Virus record (IMG/VR): IMGVR_UViG_3300021964_000050
Span: 4,337 to 68,336 of that record
DNA length: 64,000 nt
Source: a virus
Strand: one strand, 5' to 3'
Position numbers and translations under genes: made by a program. The notes beneath the pieces are model-generated. The model saw only the letters and a list, made by a program, of their open reading frames with translations, was not told the DNA's origin and made no database searches. Below, one piece after another: positions 1 through 8,916 of this stretch. Each line of letters starts with the position of its first letter. Within the stretch, counting starts at the first letter, position 1.

Positions 1-509
1 GTGACTGCGGTGTCATCTAGGTCGATAGTAACGGTGTCGCTGGCGACGGTGGCAGTAATGCCGGTGTCTCCAGCAAATGTCAGGGTGTCTGTTGCGAGGG
101 CAACGCTGTCTGAGGTCGCCCCGTCACCAGCGATAGACAACGTAGTAGTAATGCTGGCTGTGCTAGCCGCAGTAATCTGACCCTGAGCGTTGATAGTCAA
201 CACAGGAATGGCAGTGGAACTACCATAGGCTGCTGCGGTGACACCAGTAGTGTCGATGTTGAGGGTTACCGTTCCAGAAGTACCCCCACCAGCAAGACCT
301 GTACCAGCGGTAACTCCTGAGATGTCACCTTCAGTAAGGTCATCCCAACTGGTGCCGTTGTACACCTTGATATGGTTAAGGCTCCCATTTGTATCAAAAT
401 ACAATTGTCCGGCGATAGGAGCACCGGGGGCGGACGCCAGATTCTGAACGACTGCATTTTGCAACTCGTTCTGATTGAGATCTAAGTTTGTCAAGTACTT
501 CTGGGCCAT
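1..509 (-). CDS. tail fibre / virion structural protein, N-terminal part (runs off window start)
   Basis: Not in ORF track; own translation MAQKYLTNLDLNQNELQNAVVQNLASAP..GQLYFDT..GDISGVTAGTGLAGGGTSG; G/T/A/S-rich fibre-like repeats; GGAG RBS. Confidence 0.7.
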   Translation of the reverse strand, partial: MAQKYLTNLDLNQNELQNAVVQNLASAPGAPIAGQLYFDTNGSLNHIKVYNGTSWDDLTEGDISGVTAGTGLAGGGTSGTVTLNIDTTGVTAAAYGSSTAIPVLTINAQGQITAASTASITTTLSIAGDGATSDSVALATDTLTFAGDTGITATVASDTVTIDLDDTAV

Positions 510-518
510 GACGGCTCC

Positions 519-992
519 TTATGTTAAGTATGCGTACCCAGAGAAAGCCCCTGAGAACTCAATGCGAACGGTCTCGTTGTCTACGTATGTTACCTCACCT
601 ACTACTACCGAATTAGCGCTATCGACTACTGTGACTGAAGGTTTTCCTCCCAATTCGTGGGTAATTGTCCACGTAGCAGCGGGGGATGTCTGCGTATGCG
701 TATGACGTAATGTGAACTGACTGAAACGTCCGGTCGGGTCAGTAGGCCATACACCGCCTACCTTGGGGCCATAAACAGCGCTGTTATCGTCTAAGTTGAT
801 GTAGAAGTCACCGTCAACGCCGACATCACTTGTGGGTAGACCATTTCCAGATAGGAAGATCGTACCGCGAGCACCCTGTACTCCGGTGCTACTGACTTCT
901 ACCGTAGTGTCCGCAGAGGTGACCTCTAGGACGTTGGTAGTCTCGTCAACTACAACTTGGTTAGTATCGCCATAAACCTCAACATTGCTCAT
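519..992 (-). CDS. virion structural protein
   Basis: GVQGARG, G..GDFYIN..YGPK and WTITHELG..PSVTVVD motifs typical of phage structural/decoration proteins; co-transcribed with capsid genes. Confidence 0.6.
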   Translation of the reverse strand: MSNVEVYGDTNQVVVDETTNVLEVTSADTTVEVSSTGVQGARGTIFLSGNGLPTSDVGVDGDFYINLDDNSAVYGPKVGGVWPTDPTGRFSQFTLRHTHTQTSPAATWTITHELGGKPSVTVVDSANSVVVGEVTYVDNETVRIEFSGAFSGYAYLT

Positions 993-1345
993 ATTCTAAA
1001 TACGTCCGGCCTTATGACGAACGCCCCCATGAGCAAACGTGTGACCTCCCCAGAAGGGGACGTCAACTCCAGTGTGTAGGTGTATTGGCCTGCATTGATA
1101 TCCATATCAGAAGCACTTACAGACATAGTGATAGTTCCGGCAGCACCGCCAAGAGTAATGCGACCGTTTGTGGTGCTGAGGGTCAATACGACGTTAGTAG
1201 CAGTAGTCTTCTCACGGATGACCAATTCAGCGGTGTACCCGGAAAGGTTGATTAAGTTTTGATTGGCGTCTTTCCACTTGATGACTTGAGTGAAGGTGGC
1301 ACCCTTGTCAGCAGTGAAACCATAGGTTGCCGCAAGCGAAGTCAT
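989..1345 (-). CDS. virion structural protein (beta-sandwich, BppU/LtfC-like)
   Basis: DKGATF..INLSGYTAEL..G.ITM..Y.YTLEL..RLL.G.F pattern. Confidence 0.55.
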   Translation of the reverse strand: MTSLAATYGFTADKGATFTQVIKWKDANQNLINLSGYTAELVIREKTTATNVVLTLSTTNGRITLGGAAGTITMSVSASDMDINAGQYTYTLELTSPSGEVTRLLMGAFVIRPDVFRI

Positions 1346-1368
1346 CCTACATCTCCTCTACGAACCGG

Positions 1369-1399
1369 AAAGGGCGGGGGCGCTTGGCCCCCGCCCTTT
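1369..1399 (-). terminator. intrinsic terminator after major capsid gene
   Basis: 13-bp inverted repeat AAAGGGCGGGGGC/GCCCCCGCCCTTT. Confidence 0.75.
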
Positions 1400-1425
1400 A
1401 TCCAGTATCTCAATTGACGGGTCTA

Positions 1426-2508
1426 TCAGGCGATGGAGCCGCCGTAGGTGTTGAGGATGACGCGAGATTCGGCGGTAATCATGCCGAAGCCCCAGATGGC
1501 GTACCACGCCAAGCCGTGCTCACGACCGAAGTCGATCACACCACCGTCACGCAACTCAACCGGGAGGCTGATGGCGTGACCAAAGGCGTTGTCACCAATC
1601 ATGATGGCGTTGTACGAATCGGTGTGAGTGTCGCCACCAACACCAGCGTCAGGAAGGCCAGCAGCGATTTCGCTGGTGTCCAGACCCTGCGTGACCTGCG
1701 TGGTCTCAATGAACACGACGTCGTAGATACGACCGATTTCACCGAGCATGAAGTTACCGGGGGCGGCGTACTTCGTGACTTCAATGAACTCTGGCCAATC
1801 GCGCAGTGCGCGGCTCTGTGACGGGTGAACGAAGCAGACGTAGGTGTCGCCCAAGCGCGGGATGTTCTGTCCAGCGAGGACCTCAACTGCGTCCTTAACG
1901 GTAGCAGGCGAGAGGTATCCCGGCGAAGCGGCGGTACCGACCGTGCCCGGATCGTACGGGCTGATCTGCGTACGGCTTGAACCCGAGGTACGACCAAAGA
2001 CGACGCTAGGAGCGACGGCTGAGCCACCACCGAACGGAACTGCGTTCTGGTAGAGGGTGTTGCGTGCCTGTGTGTCCATGGACTGCGCCATGTGACGACC
2101 GAGGAGACGTGAAGCCGAAGCCATGACGTCGTCAAATGCTGCGTTGAGGAGGAGTTCGGTAACTGCAACAGCCTTACCGTGTTCCTTAACGGTGATCTGA
2201 ATCTGTGAAGCGGTGAGCGACACAGGCTCCATACGCACACCTTCAGTCAACTCAGAACCAGTCTGGTCGACATCAAGGTTGTTGTAACGCATGAAGTTGA
2301 TGGTCAGACCGGGCTGAACACCGAGTTCCGTCTTCTTAACAGCGAACTGCTCGAAGCGGAGAACTGGCATTGCTTGGAAAAGGATTTCCTTGCTCCAGAT
2401 CTGTTGAATTGCTGGGGAGAGTGTAGCGTCACTTGAGTAACCGGTCGTGGTAATTGAACCAAGATCGGCACCGGTAATCGCACCACCTGCTGGGGATGGA
2501 AGGGCCAT
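1426..2508 (-). CDS. major capsid protein (N4-gp56-like, HK97 fold)
   Basis: 360 aa; LRFEQFA, G.TINF.RY, LTEG, EHG, GEIGRI..V.FIET, DFGR..GLAWY motifs; follows portal and scaffold; GAGGA RBS. Confidence 0.92.
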   Translation of the reverse strand: MALPSPAGGAITGADLGSITTTGYSSDATLSPAIQQIWSKEILFQAMPVLRFEQFAVKKTELGVQPGLTINFMRYNNLDVDQTGSELTEGVRMEPVSLTASQIQITVKEHGKAVAVTELLLNAAFDDVMASASRLLGRHMAQSMDTQARNTLYQNAVPFGGGSAVAPSVVFGRTSGSSRTQISPYDPGTVGTAASPGYLSPATVKDAVEVLAGQNIPRLGDTYVCFVHPSQSRALRDWPEFIEVTKYAAPGNFMLGEIGRIYDVVFIETTQVTQGLDTSEIAAGLPDAGVGGDTHTDSYNAIMIGDNAFGHAISLPVELRDGGVIDFGREHGLAWYAIWGFGMITAESRVILNTYGGSIA

Positions 2509-2548
2509 TGTGTTATCCTCCGTGGGATATTAGGTTGATGGTTAAGTT

Positions 2549-3328
2549 TTATCGACCTCTAAATGAGGTTGATGCCAAGAGCCGGTCTCGGACTTGTGCG
2601 TACTGATCCATCGTCATCCCGGCAATATCTGCCGAAGTGTAGGTTTGCTGCTCCGTCATATTCTCCAGTGGCCCAGATGGGGTTGATCCCGTTGCGGGGA
2701 CTCCCCGCAGACGCTGCTGTTGAGGCATCGCCTGCTGGATATTCTCCAGAATAGCAGATGTTCTGGTTTTTACAGCCGAAATTGCGCTTTCAATCTCTTC
2801 TTCTGAGTTTCCTCGGATGAAGTCAAGCAACTCTGGCATGACATTGTCTTGCTCTTCTGCGATGCGGCGGGACTTGAACGACTCCAACTCCTGAAAGCGG
2901 CGCTCCTGCTCAAGCACTGCCTTCTGAGCCTCAGATTCCTGCTGGAGAGCGTTGAACTTCTCTTCCCATTCCTGCTGGGCAGTGTTGATGCGCTGTTGGA
3001 ACTCGTCCTCTTTCTTCATGAGGAGTTCCTTGGCTGACATCTCTTCTTCCTCACGGAGACGTCGCTCTTCTGCCTCACGGGCAACGACTTCTTCAGCGAG
3101 GCGCTTCTGCTCTTCGCGCTCATGGTTAAAGATTTCAACTTGATCCTGCAACTTGGAAATCTTGTCGTACAACTTGTCCTTTTCCTGACGACGAATGGCC
3201 TCTACCTCATCCTGCGAGAACATGCGAGTATTCGCTTCACGCTGAGTGGCGGGGGCTACTTCCTCAGGAGCGGCCTGCTGTACAGGGGTATCAATGGTGA
3301 CAGAATCACCAGTCATTTCTTCTGACAT
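2549..3328 (-). CDS. capsid scaffolding protein
   Basis: E/Q/R-rich coiled coil between portal and major capsid genes. Confidence 0.8.
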   Translation of the reverse strand: MSEEMTGDSVTIDTPVQQAAPEEVAPATQREANTRMFSQDEVEAIRRQEKDKLYDKISKLQDQVEIFNHEREEQKRLAEEVVAREAEERRLREEEEMSAKELLMKKEDEFQQRINTAQQEWEEKFNALQQESEAQKAVLEQERRFQELESFKSRRIAEEQDNVMPELLDFIRGNSEEEIESAISAVKTRTSAILENIQQAMPQQQRLRGVPATGSTPSGPLENMTEQQTYTSADIAGMTMDQYAQVRDRLLASTSFRGR

Positions 3329-3379
3329 TATTTCTACCTCAATGGTCGTGCTTATATGGCTTAAATAGATTCCGTGTTA

Positions 3380-5077
3380 TTAGTCCGAATCAGGCACACG
3401 TCGTTGAGCCAAGTTGGCTCCGTATGCCCTCTGCACCAGTTGATTTACTGCGTCGCCGGAAGGGGCTACCCCCGGCATTACTCCCGATCCCTCTTGTGCG
3501 GAACCGGTAGAAGTTACATCCGACCCACCTGCGCTGGTGACGCCACCTTCGCCTGCGGGCTGTGCTCCTTCTGGTGATACCATACCAGTAAGAGCCATAA
3601 CGGATGCGGATATCTGTGCGTTGAGAAGTTCCAGAGCGCCCTGATCCATAGCGTCGTCGCGCAACTCCTCAAAGACCTCGGCCATCTTCTCGTTCGGGAA
3701 CTCCTCGCCCAATGCCCTTAGAGCACCACGCTTGGATTCCAGACCCATAGCCATCTTGGCCTGCAACTCGTTCAACTTAATCAACTGGTCGACCGGCAGT
3801 GGGTCAGGCCAGTGAATAGCCGTACGGTACGTCATCGGGTCACGGGGATCTAGAATCTGCATCTGATCCGGCTCGGGGAACGTAGCCTCAGCGGGGTTCC
3901 ACTGAAGTGACTCCGGCTCGTGTACGGCCTGTGTGCGAATAATGAGTTCGTTCAGTTGAACGAGACCCTTAGTAAAGTGTGTCCGCTTCATATGATAGCG
4001 GTTCATCATTGGCTGATATTGAATGGCGAGGGCGACGCCTGATGTGTTAGAGATCGGCTGGGTCTTACCTAGCGCGGATTCCGGTACGCCGGTAATTTCG
4101 TGCATCGCCTGCTTGATGATCTGCACGTACTCCATAGCGCCAGCCATCTCGCCACGTGATTCAAGGTTGAACACACGGGCGTCCTTAGGCAGACCTGCCC
4201 AGACTTTCTTCGCCCCGCGCTCCAACTGAGAAGCCTTAGCACCTGTAATGATTGTGACGGGGGCGCTGTGGTAGTTGATGATGTCCGACACTTCGGTCAT
4301 CTTTTCGTTCAACTCACGGTTCAGCGGGATAATGTCCCAGATATCAGACTGTCCCCAAGGTGACGAGGAGATACTGACGTTAGGGATATGGATAACAGGT
4401 ACCTTACCGATGGGGTTTTCGTACTGGTCAATCAACTCGTCGTTGATGTACTGCTCAACTGTTTCATCGGTAAGGATCTCAGTGAACGTGTATACCTGTC
4501 GGGTACCTTCAGGGCTGGTGCCCCAGAACCTGTACTTCAACTTGAACCGGAGAATACGGTCTCTGTCGTGTGGGTGGTACTCGGGGAAACAGTGAGCCGG
4601 GTTCAGTGGGATCAAACGTGTCTTACCCGAGTGGATAACGCCTAGCGTGTCTTCCCAAGGCTCTTCGTACGCAACTTTGACAAAGCAGTCACCGGTAATA
4701 CCAGCCAACTGCCCCATCTCCCAGAGAACCTTCTGTTTGTCGTTGTCAACTTCCCAAACCTTCTGAAGCACGTGGGGAATAATGGCCCCAGTCGCCTCTG
4801 GGGTCTTGAACTGGACGCCACGACCAAAGCAGAAGTTTGTGATGTAGTCCGACATGGTGCGGACGTAATTCAAGTAGATGTTCTGCTCACCCATCTCACG
4901 GCGGTGAGACCAGTGGTGACCGAGATACCACGCCCATGCTGCTGAGTAACGGTTTAGGCGAGGGCCATGGATTTCAAACTCTTCGTCGGCCAGTTCAACC
5001 AAGCCAAGGGGCGAGATAGCGACGGTAAGGTCGCTGGAACTAGCCCTATAACTTGGAGACCAAAAATCAACTGGCAC
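3380..5077 (-). CDS. portal protein
   Basis: 565 aa; GITGDCFVKV, NPIGKVPVIHIPN, WGQSDI, SGVAL motifs of SPP1 gp6-like portals; position. Confidence 0.88.
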   Translation of the reverse strand: MPVDFWSPSYRASSSDLTVAISPLGLVELADEEFEIHGPRLNRYSAAWAWYLGHHWSHRREMGEQNIYLNYVRTMSDYITNFCFGRGVQFKTPEATGAIIPHVLQKVWEVDNDKQKVLWEMGQLAGITGDCFVKVAYEEPWEDTLGVIHSGKTRLIPLNPAHCFPEYHPHDRDRILRFKLKYRFWGTSPEGTRQVYTFTEILTDETVEQYINDELIDQYENPIGKVPVIHIPNVSISSSPWGQSDIWDIIPLNRELNEKMTEVSDIINYHSAPVTIITGAKASQLERGAKKVWAGLPKDARVFNLESRGEMAGAMEYVQIIKQAMHEITGVPESALGKTQPISNTSGVALAIQYQPMMNRYHMKRTHFTKGLVQLNELIIRTQAVHEPESLQWNPAEATFPEPDQMQILDPRDPMTYRTAIHWPDPLPVDQLIKLNELQAKMAMGLESKRGALRALGEEFPNEKMAEVFEELRDDAMDQGALELLNAQISASVMALTGMVSPEGAQPAGEGGVTSAGGSDVTSTGSAQEGSGVMPGVAPSGDAVNQLVQRAYGANLAQRRVPDSD

Positions 5078-5121
5078 TATGTGCTCCCGTCAGACGTACG
5101 TACACTAAACAGGATAGCAGA

Positions 5122-5289
5122 TTACTTTCCGCTCTTCTTCTTCTTTGCGGCGTTCATGTTGTCAACAAGATTCGGGTAAGGACGACCCGCTTTCTTGGCA
5201 GAAGCCTTAGCCTTGGCCTTCTGCGAGGGCGTCAACTTCTTGTCGGACTTTGTTGGGTCTTTCTTGTCCCAGACCTTTTTCTCTGCCAT
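5122..5289 (-). CDS. small basic hypothetical protein
   Basis: 55 aa, own translation MAEKKVWDKKDP..AKKAGRPYPNLVDNM; start overlaps upstream stop. Confidence 0.6.
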   Translation of the reverse strand: MAEKKVWDKKDPTKSDKKLTPSQKAKAKASAKKAGRPYPNLVDNMNAAKKKKSGK

Positions 5290-5567
5290 TACTTCTTTCC
5301 TCTATTACGAGCACGGTTAGTGCTGGGGTCCTCTGCGACGAGTTTCCCACTCTTGGTGTGGGACATATCTTTCTTCGCTACTGGTTTCTTGCTGTTCTTG
5401 TCGTTGGGGCCGTCGATACCACGGTCACGACGCTCAGAACGACGTTCGACCTTCTTGTCCTTGACGGACTGCTTCTGGTCGTAGTCCTTCTGGTACTCGG
5501 CTTTCTTCTTCCGAGCGTCAGGATTGTCTTGGTAATACTTGGCTGTTTTACGGGGGGCCATCACCAC
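5289..5567 (-). CDS. basic hypothetical protein (HNH-like remnant)
   Basis: KDMSH..NRARN resembles degenerate phage HNH-like proteins; stop/start coupling. Confidence 0.55.
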   Translation of the reverse strand: MVMAPRKTAKYYQDNPDARKKKAEYQKDYDQKQSVKDKKVERRSERRDRGIDGPNDKNSKKPVAKKDMSHTKSGKLVAEDPSTNRARNRGKK

Positions 5568-5857
5568 TTCTCCTTGTCAGCCCAATAGGCGGCTGACATC
5601 TTGCCCTTTTTGATATTGGCACTGTGGCGAGCCTTAAATGAGGCACGTTTCTTCTTCATGGCCTCTGACTCGCCCGCCTTAGGCTTACCGGCGGTCTTGG
5701 CACCCTGCTCACCAAAGCGAATCAACTTGACTTGATCGCCCTGCTTAGCCAACACTGCGTGCGACTTGGTGGGGTGGCCGGGGGTCTTCTTGGGCTTGTT
5801 GTAGCCCTCGAAATTAATACCGCCTCGGGTGTACTTAGGTTTCTTATCTTCTGCCAT
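5561..5857 (-). CDS. conserved basic phage protein
   Basis: KSHAVLAK..KLIRFG..SFKARH..SAAYWA..KW pattern common in aquatic phages; AGGAG RBS. Confidence 0.7.
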   Translation of the reverse strand: MAEDKKPKYTRGGINFEGYNKPKKTPGHPTKSHAVLAKQGDQVKLIRFGEQGAKTAGKPKAGESEAMKKKRASFKARHSANIKKGKMSAAYWADKEKW

Positions 5858-5866
5858 GACTTACTC

Positions 5867-6607
5867 CTAGATAGGCTTGTCGTCTACTTTACCAACAGAC
5901 TTGGACACCCTAGAGTACCCATTACACTTCTTACACTGAATAATTTGGTACGTAGCCGTCGGTGTGTGGGCGAACCCTCTCTTTACTACGTCTGTGTGCC
6001 CGCAACGAGGGCAAGCGTTAGGGTCGCCACCGTATAGACCACGGTGTGGGTGGTTCTTGATCCACGGTAGTAGGCGCTCGTAAACCTTCTCTGTAAGTAC
6101 AACGTCCTGCATGTTGTACTTCTTCATAGTAGACCAAGCCTTGTGGTCTCCCTTCATACAACGCACCCACAGGTCAAACCCATCATGCTGAAGTTTGGAA
6201 CCGATGCCCAACTCTGTGGAGACATGTTGTAACTTGTTGCTGGTGAAGCGGAAGCGTTGCTTAACCACGTTCATCAAGTCAATGTCTGTATAAGGACTCG
6301 GTGGTGGATATCCCGCCAATACGAACTCCCTATTCAAGTGCTTCATGTCAAACGCCTTGCTGTTGTACCCAACGACAGCATCCGCTTCGTCTAGCAGTTC
6401 CCACGCCTGTCTAACCATGTCGTCATGACCGTCGTGATGGTCAGAAGCGAAGTACACCTTCTTCTCTCCGTGCCACTTAGCGGCCCATGAGATGACGGTG
6501 CCAAACTCCTCAACTTGATTGAGTCCGACGTTCTGATCCCACAGTCCCCAGACGTAAGCCAGACTGGGGCGTGTCTCAATGTCTATAGTGAGTATCTTTA
6601 TGCCCAA
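5867..6607 (-). CDS. RNase H-like / DnaQ-like exonuclease with C-terminal Zn ribbon
   Basis: IDIET, GYNSKAFD, YNMQDV exonuclease motifs; CPRC..CKKC; AAGGAGG RBS before TTG at 6607. Confidence 0.8.
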   Translation of the reverse strand: MGIKILTIDIETRPSLAYVWGLWDQNVGLNQVEEFGTVISWAAKWHGEKKVYFASDHHDGHDDMVRQAWELLDEADAVVGYNSKAFDMKHLNREFVLAGYPPPSPYTDIDLMNVVKQRFRFTSNKLQHVSTELGIGSKLQHDGFDLWVRCMKGDHKAWSTMKKYNMQDVVLTEKVYERLLPWIKNHPHRGLYGGDPNACPRCGHTDVVKRGFAHTPTATYQIIQCKKCNGYSRVSKSVGKVDDKPI

Positions 6608-6654
6608 GTGGGTACCTCCTTGTGGCACGTGTCACGTTACTGTAGCATACACCC

Positions 6655-6810
6655 ATGAGTCAAGAAGAATGGGTACGTGTCAGAAAAACGGACTGGGACA
6701 CCATTGTTGAAGCCGTGCTGCACTTTAGCGAAGAAGTCGACATGGACACCATTGAAGAGACCTTGGTGCTGATGGAAGACGCTTGGGATATAGTCAGAAC
6801 GTACCTGTGA
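6655..6810 (+). CDS. small acidic hypothetical protein
   Basis: 51 aa, own translation MSQEEWVRVRK..; TAGCAT -10 six nt before ATG (leaderless). Confidence 0.5.
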   Translation: MSQEEWVRVRKTDWDTIVEAVLHFSEEVDMDTIEETLVLMEDAWDIVRTYL

Positions 6811-7683
6811 TTAACCGAGTAGATGAGGATTTAGGTTGCCTCGGCTATCCGTGTAGCGCTGTCCCTCTCTCTTAGGACCTTGCTTGGCAACACCGCCGCC
6901 GCGCTCCAACCATTTACCTCCGACCCACAAGACCGCCTGCATGTCATGGGGGAGGATGTCAGTGAACCGGTCGTCACGTCTACCGGCAGAGCGGCCAGCA
7001 GCACGAGTGATATCTTCCATGACCTCGTACCGTGTGGGCTTACCATCCTTAGTAGCGGCACTGCTAATGCCTCGGTTGTAGTCAGTCCAACTACGCATCT
7101 TGTTCACAATGATGTCGTGATGGCGACCGTCTACAGTTACACCGGTATCACGTCCCGGTTCTGCAATGTTCAAGGCGAAGTGGTGCGTTTTGGGAGCGGT
7201 TTTAATTGGAAGAACGTCATGCCACTGCTCACCGGCCATGATCCTCTGTGCCTTCAGCAGGTTTCGGTCACCCTGAACGGACATAGAAGGAGCGACCTCA
7301 CGAAGCATTGAACGTGCCTCTTCGGTACGGTTCTTTTGCCCAGTACTGTGCCTCAAGATATCCCAATGCTCTTTGGTCATACCCTGCAACTCACCTAAAG
7401 CCTTGATGTTTTTACCTTCAAAATCCATGGAAGGTGAAACAGCAGCAACGACTCCTGCGGCTTGGTGGATATCCTTGATTTTGTGTCCCTCAGCCGTTTC
7501 AGAGCCAATGAACTTAGCGCTTGCCTCATGGACTTTTGGATACCATTGCTTACCCTCTTCCACTAAGTGGTCGGGAAGAGTCATACCCATGTTTGCTAAC
7601 CGGCGAGCGGTAGCGGACACTCGCTGACGGTGTGCTGGTGCGGTAAAGTCAGACTTCTTAGTGGGTATGTTAAAATCTGGCAT
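6811..7683 (-). CDS. DUF7178-like protein (possible HhH glycosylase-like fold)
   Basis: QWY..AAGVVAAVSP..PKT..F..NI..VTVD..QAVLW pattern. Confidence 0.55.
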   Translation of the reverse strand: MPDFNIPTKKSDFTAPAHRQRVSATARRLANMGMTLPDHLVEEGKQWYPKVHEASAKFIGSETAEGHKIKDIHQAAGVVAAVSPSMDFEGKNIKALGELQGMTKEHWDILRHSTGQKNRTEEARSMLREVAPSMSVQGDRNLLKAQRIMAGEQWHDVLPIKTAPKTHHFALNIAEPGRDTGVTVDGRHHDIIVNKMRSWTDYNRGISSAATKDGKPTRYEVMEDITRAAGRSAGRRDDRFTDILPHDMQAVLWVGGKWLERGGGVAKQGPKREGQRYTDSRGNLNPHLLG

Positions 7684-8219
7684 TATTCCCCGCCTTTGAT
7701 CTGCTTCCATACGGGGTCGACACCCCTACCGCCACGGCTAGACGCCCAAGAAGCATCAAACAAGTCAGGATTGCGTCCAGACTGGGGCGCACCTTCTTGG
7801 TAGTAGGGATAAGACATATCCCCCGAGTACTCGCCCTTCTTAATAACGGCGACTGCTTCTTGGTTACGTTCTGCGGCGGCGAGTCGACCTGCATAACGAG
7901 ATGCTGGGTTGCGGGTGCTGTATGCCTCCGACGCATCGAACGACTGTCGTGGTGGTTCCGAGCCTTGCCAACCACCTAGATACACATTCGGCTCGCTCAA
8001 CACTGGGGCAACATCTGCTCTGCTGGCGAAAGAACGAATGTCGGTGTCGGTCATGGCTGGTTCGGGATCAAAGTCACCGCTAACGCCCTTGTAACCACCA
8101 ACCATGTAGGCGTCGCCCTTGGGGCCGCTACCAGCACCGGGACCGGCTACCTTGCGAGAAAACCCACCTTGTGCGAGTTCCTCGCCTAGCCCAATAAACT
8201 CTTCTGGGTTCAATTTCAT
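7683..8219 (-). CDS. hypothetical protein (weakly SAM-lyase-like family)
   Basis: GGFS..YMV..YLGGW..FDAS..NQEAV pattern; AGGAG RBS. Confidence 0.5.
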   Translation of the reverse strand: MKLNPEEFIGLGEELAQGGFSRKVAGPGAGSGPKGDAYMVGGYKGVSGDFDPEPAMTDTDIRSFASRADVAPVLSEPNVYLGGWQGSEPPRQSFDASEAYSTRNPASRYAGRLAAAERNQEAVAVIKKGEYSGDMSYPYYQEGAPQSGRNPDLFDASWASSRGGRGVDPVWKQIKGGE

Positions 8220-8224
8220 GGTGG

Positions 8225-8428
8225 CTATCTCCTACAGTTCTCAGCAAATTCTTGAAAGCAGTACCGTCGTGAATACCGCGCAATGGCGTAGGGAGCGACG
8301 GGGAGCGGGATTTGCTCGGTACCTGTCAAGTGCTCACCTACGCCATCGACGGCGACATCAGTTCCTACCGCATCTCCCGATGCGGCAACATCTCCACCTG
8401 ATGGAGCGGCAGTTGCGCCGCCCTCCAT
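8225..8428 (-). CDS. hypothetical protein
   Basis: TGATG coupling to upstream gene; fills gap. Confidence 0.4.
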   Translation of the reverse strand: MEGGATAAPSGGDVAASGDAVGTDVAVDGVGEHLTGTEQIPLPVAPYAIARYSRRYCFQEFAENCRR

Positions 8429-8841
8429 CAGCCGTCGACGCGGACTGGGTTCGGACGGTTCATGTGCATACCTGAGTTTTGAGCCGTCTCAAAGGTAGGC
8501 ACGCCATCACCAGCAGTAGCACCAGTGACGAAGTCCGAGAGCACGCCGGGTGCCTCAATCCATGAAGCAGAACCGACATGAGCGCGCTCACGCATGGTCT
8601 GCTCGGCTGGCTTGTACAGAGCGCCAGCGTTCGGATGGTTCATACGGCTCGGAGCCGGAGAGGTGTCGGCGTAAGCGCCTTGACCAAAGTCCATCGTCAC
8701 ATCTGTCTCGGTAGCAACGCCCTCTTCAAAGCGAAGTGGCCCACGGTTACCGGGGATGCTCGGTGCCATAGTGCGCTCAAAGACGTTACGCATTGCCTCA
8801 GGATATGGGTTCTGAGGGGCGACAGTCGGGTTCATGTCCAT
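8428..8841 (-). CDS. conserved hypothetical protein of actinobacterial myoviruses
   Basis: RGPLRFEEGVATETDV and ERAHVGSASWIEAP; GGAGGAG RBS before ATG 8841. Confidence 0.7.
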   Translation of the reverse strand: MDMNPTVAPQNPYPEAMRNVFERTMAPSIPGNRGPLRFEEGVATETDVTMDFGQGAYADTSPAPSRMNHPNAGALYKPAEQTMRERAHVGSASWIEAPGVLSDFVTGATAGDGVPTFETAQNSGMHMNRPNPVRVDG

Positions 8842-8916
8842 AAGTAACTCCTCCATAGGGGTTCGTATGAAAGCCATAGTACCACTACGTATTTATTGGG
8901 TAGCCCGTTTTAGCCC

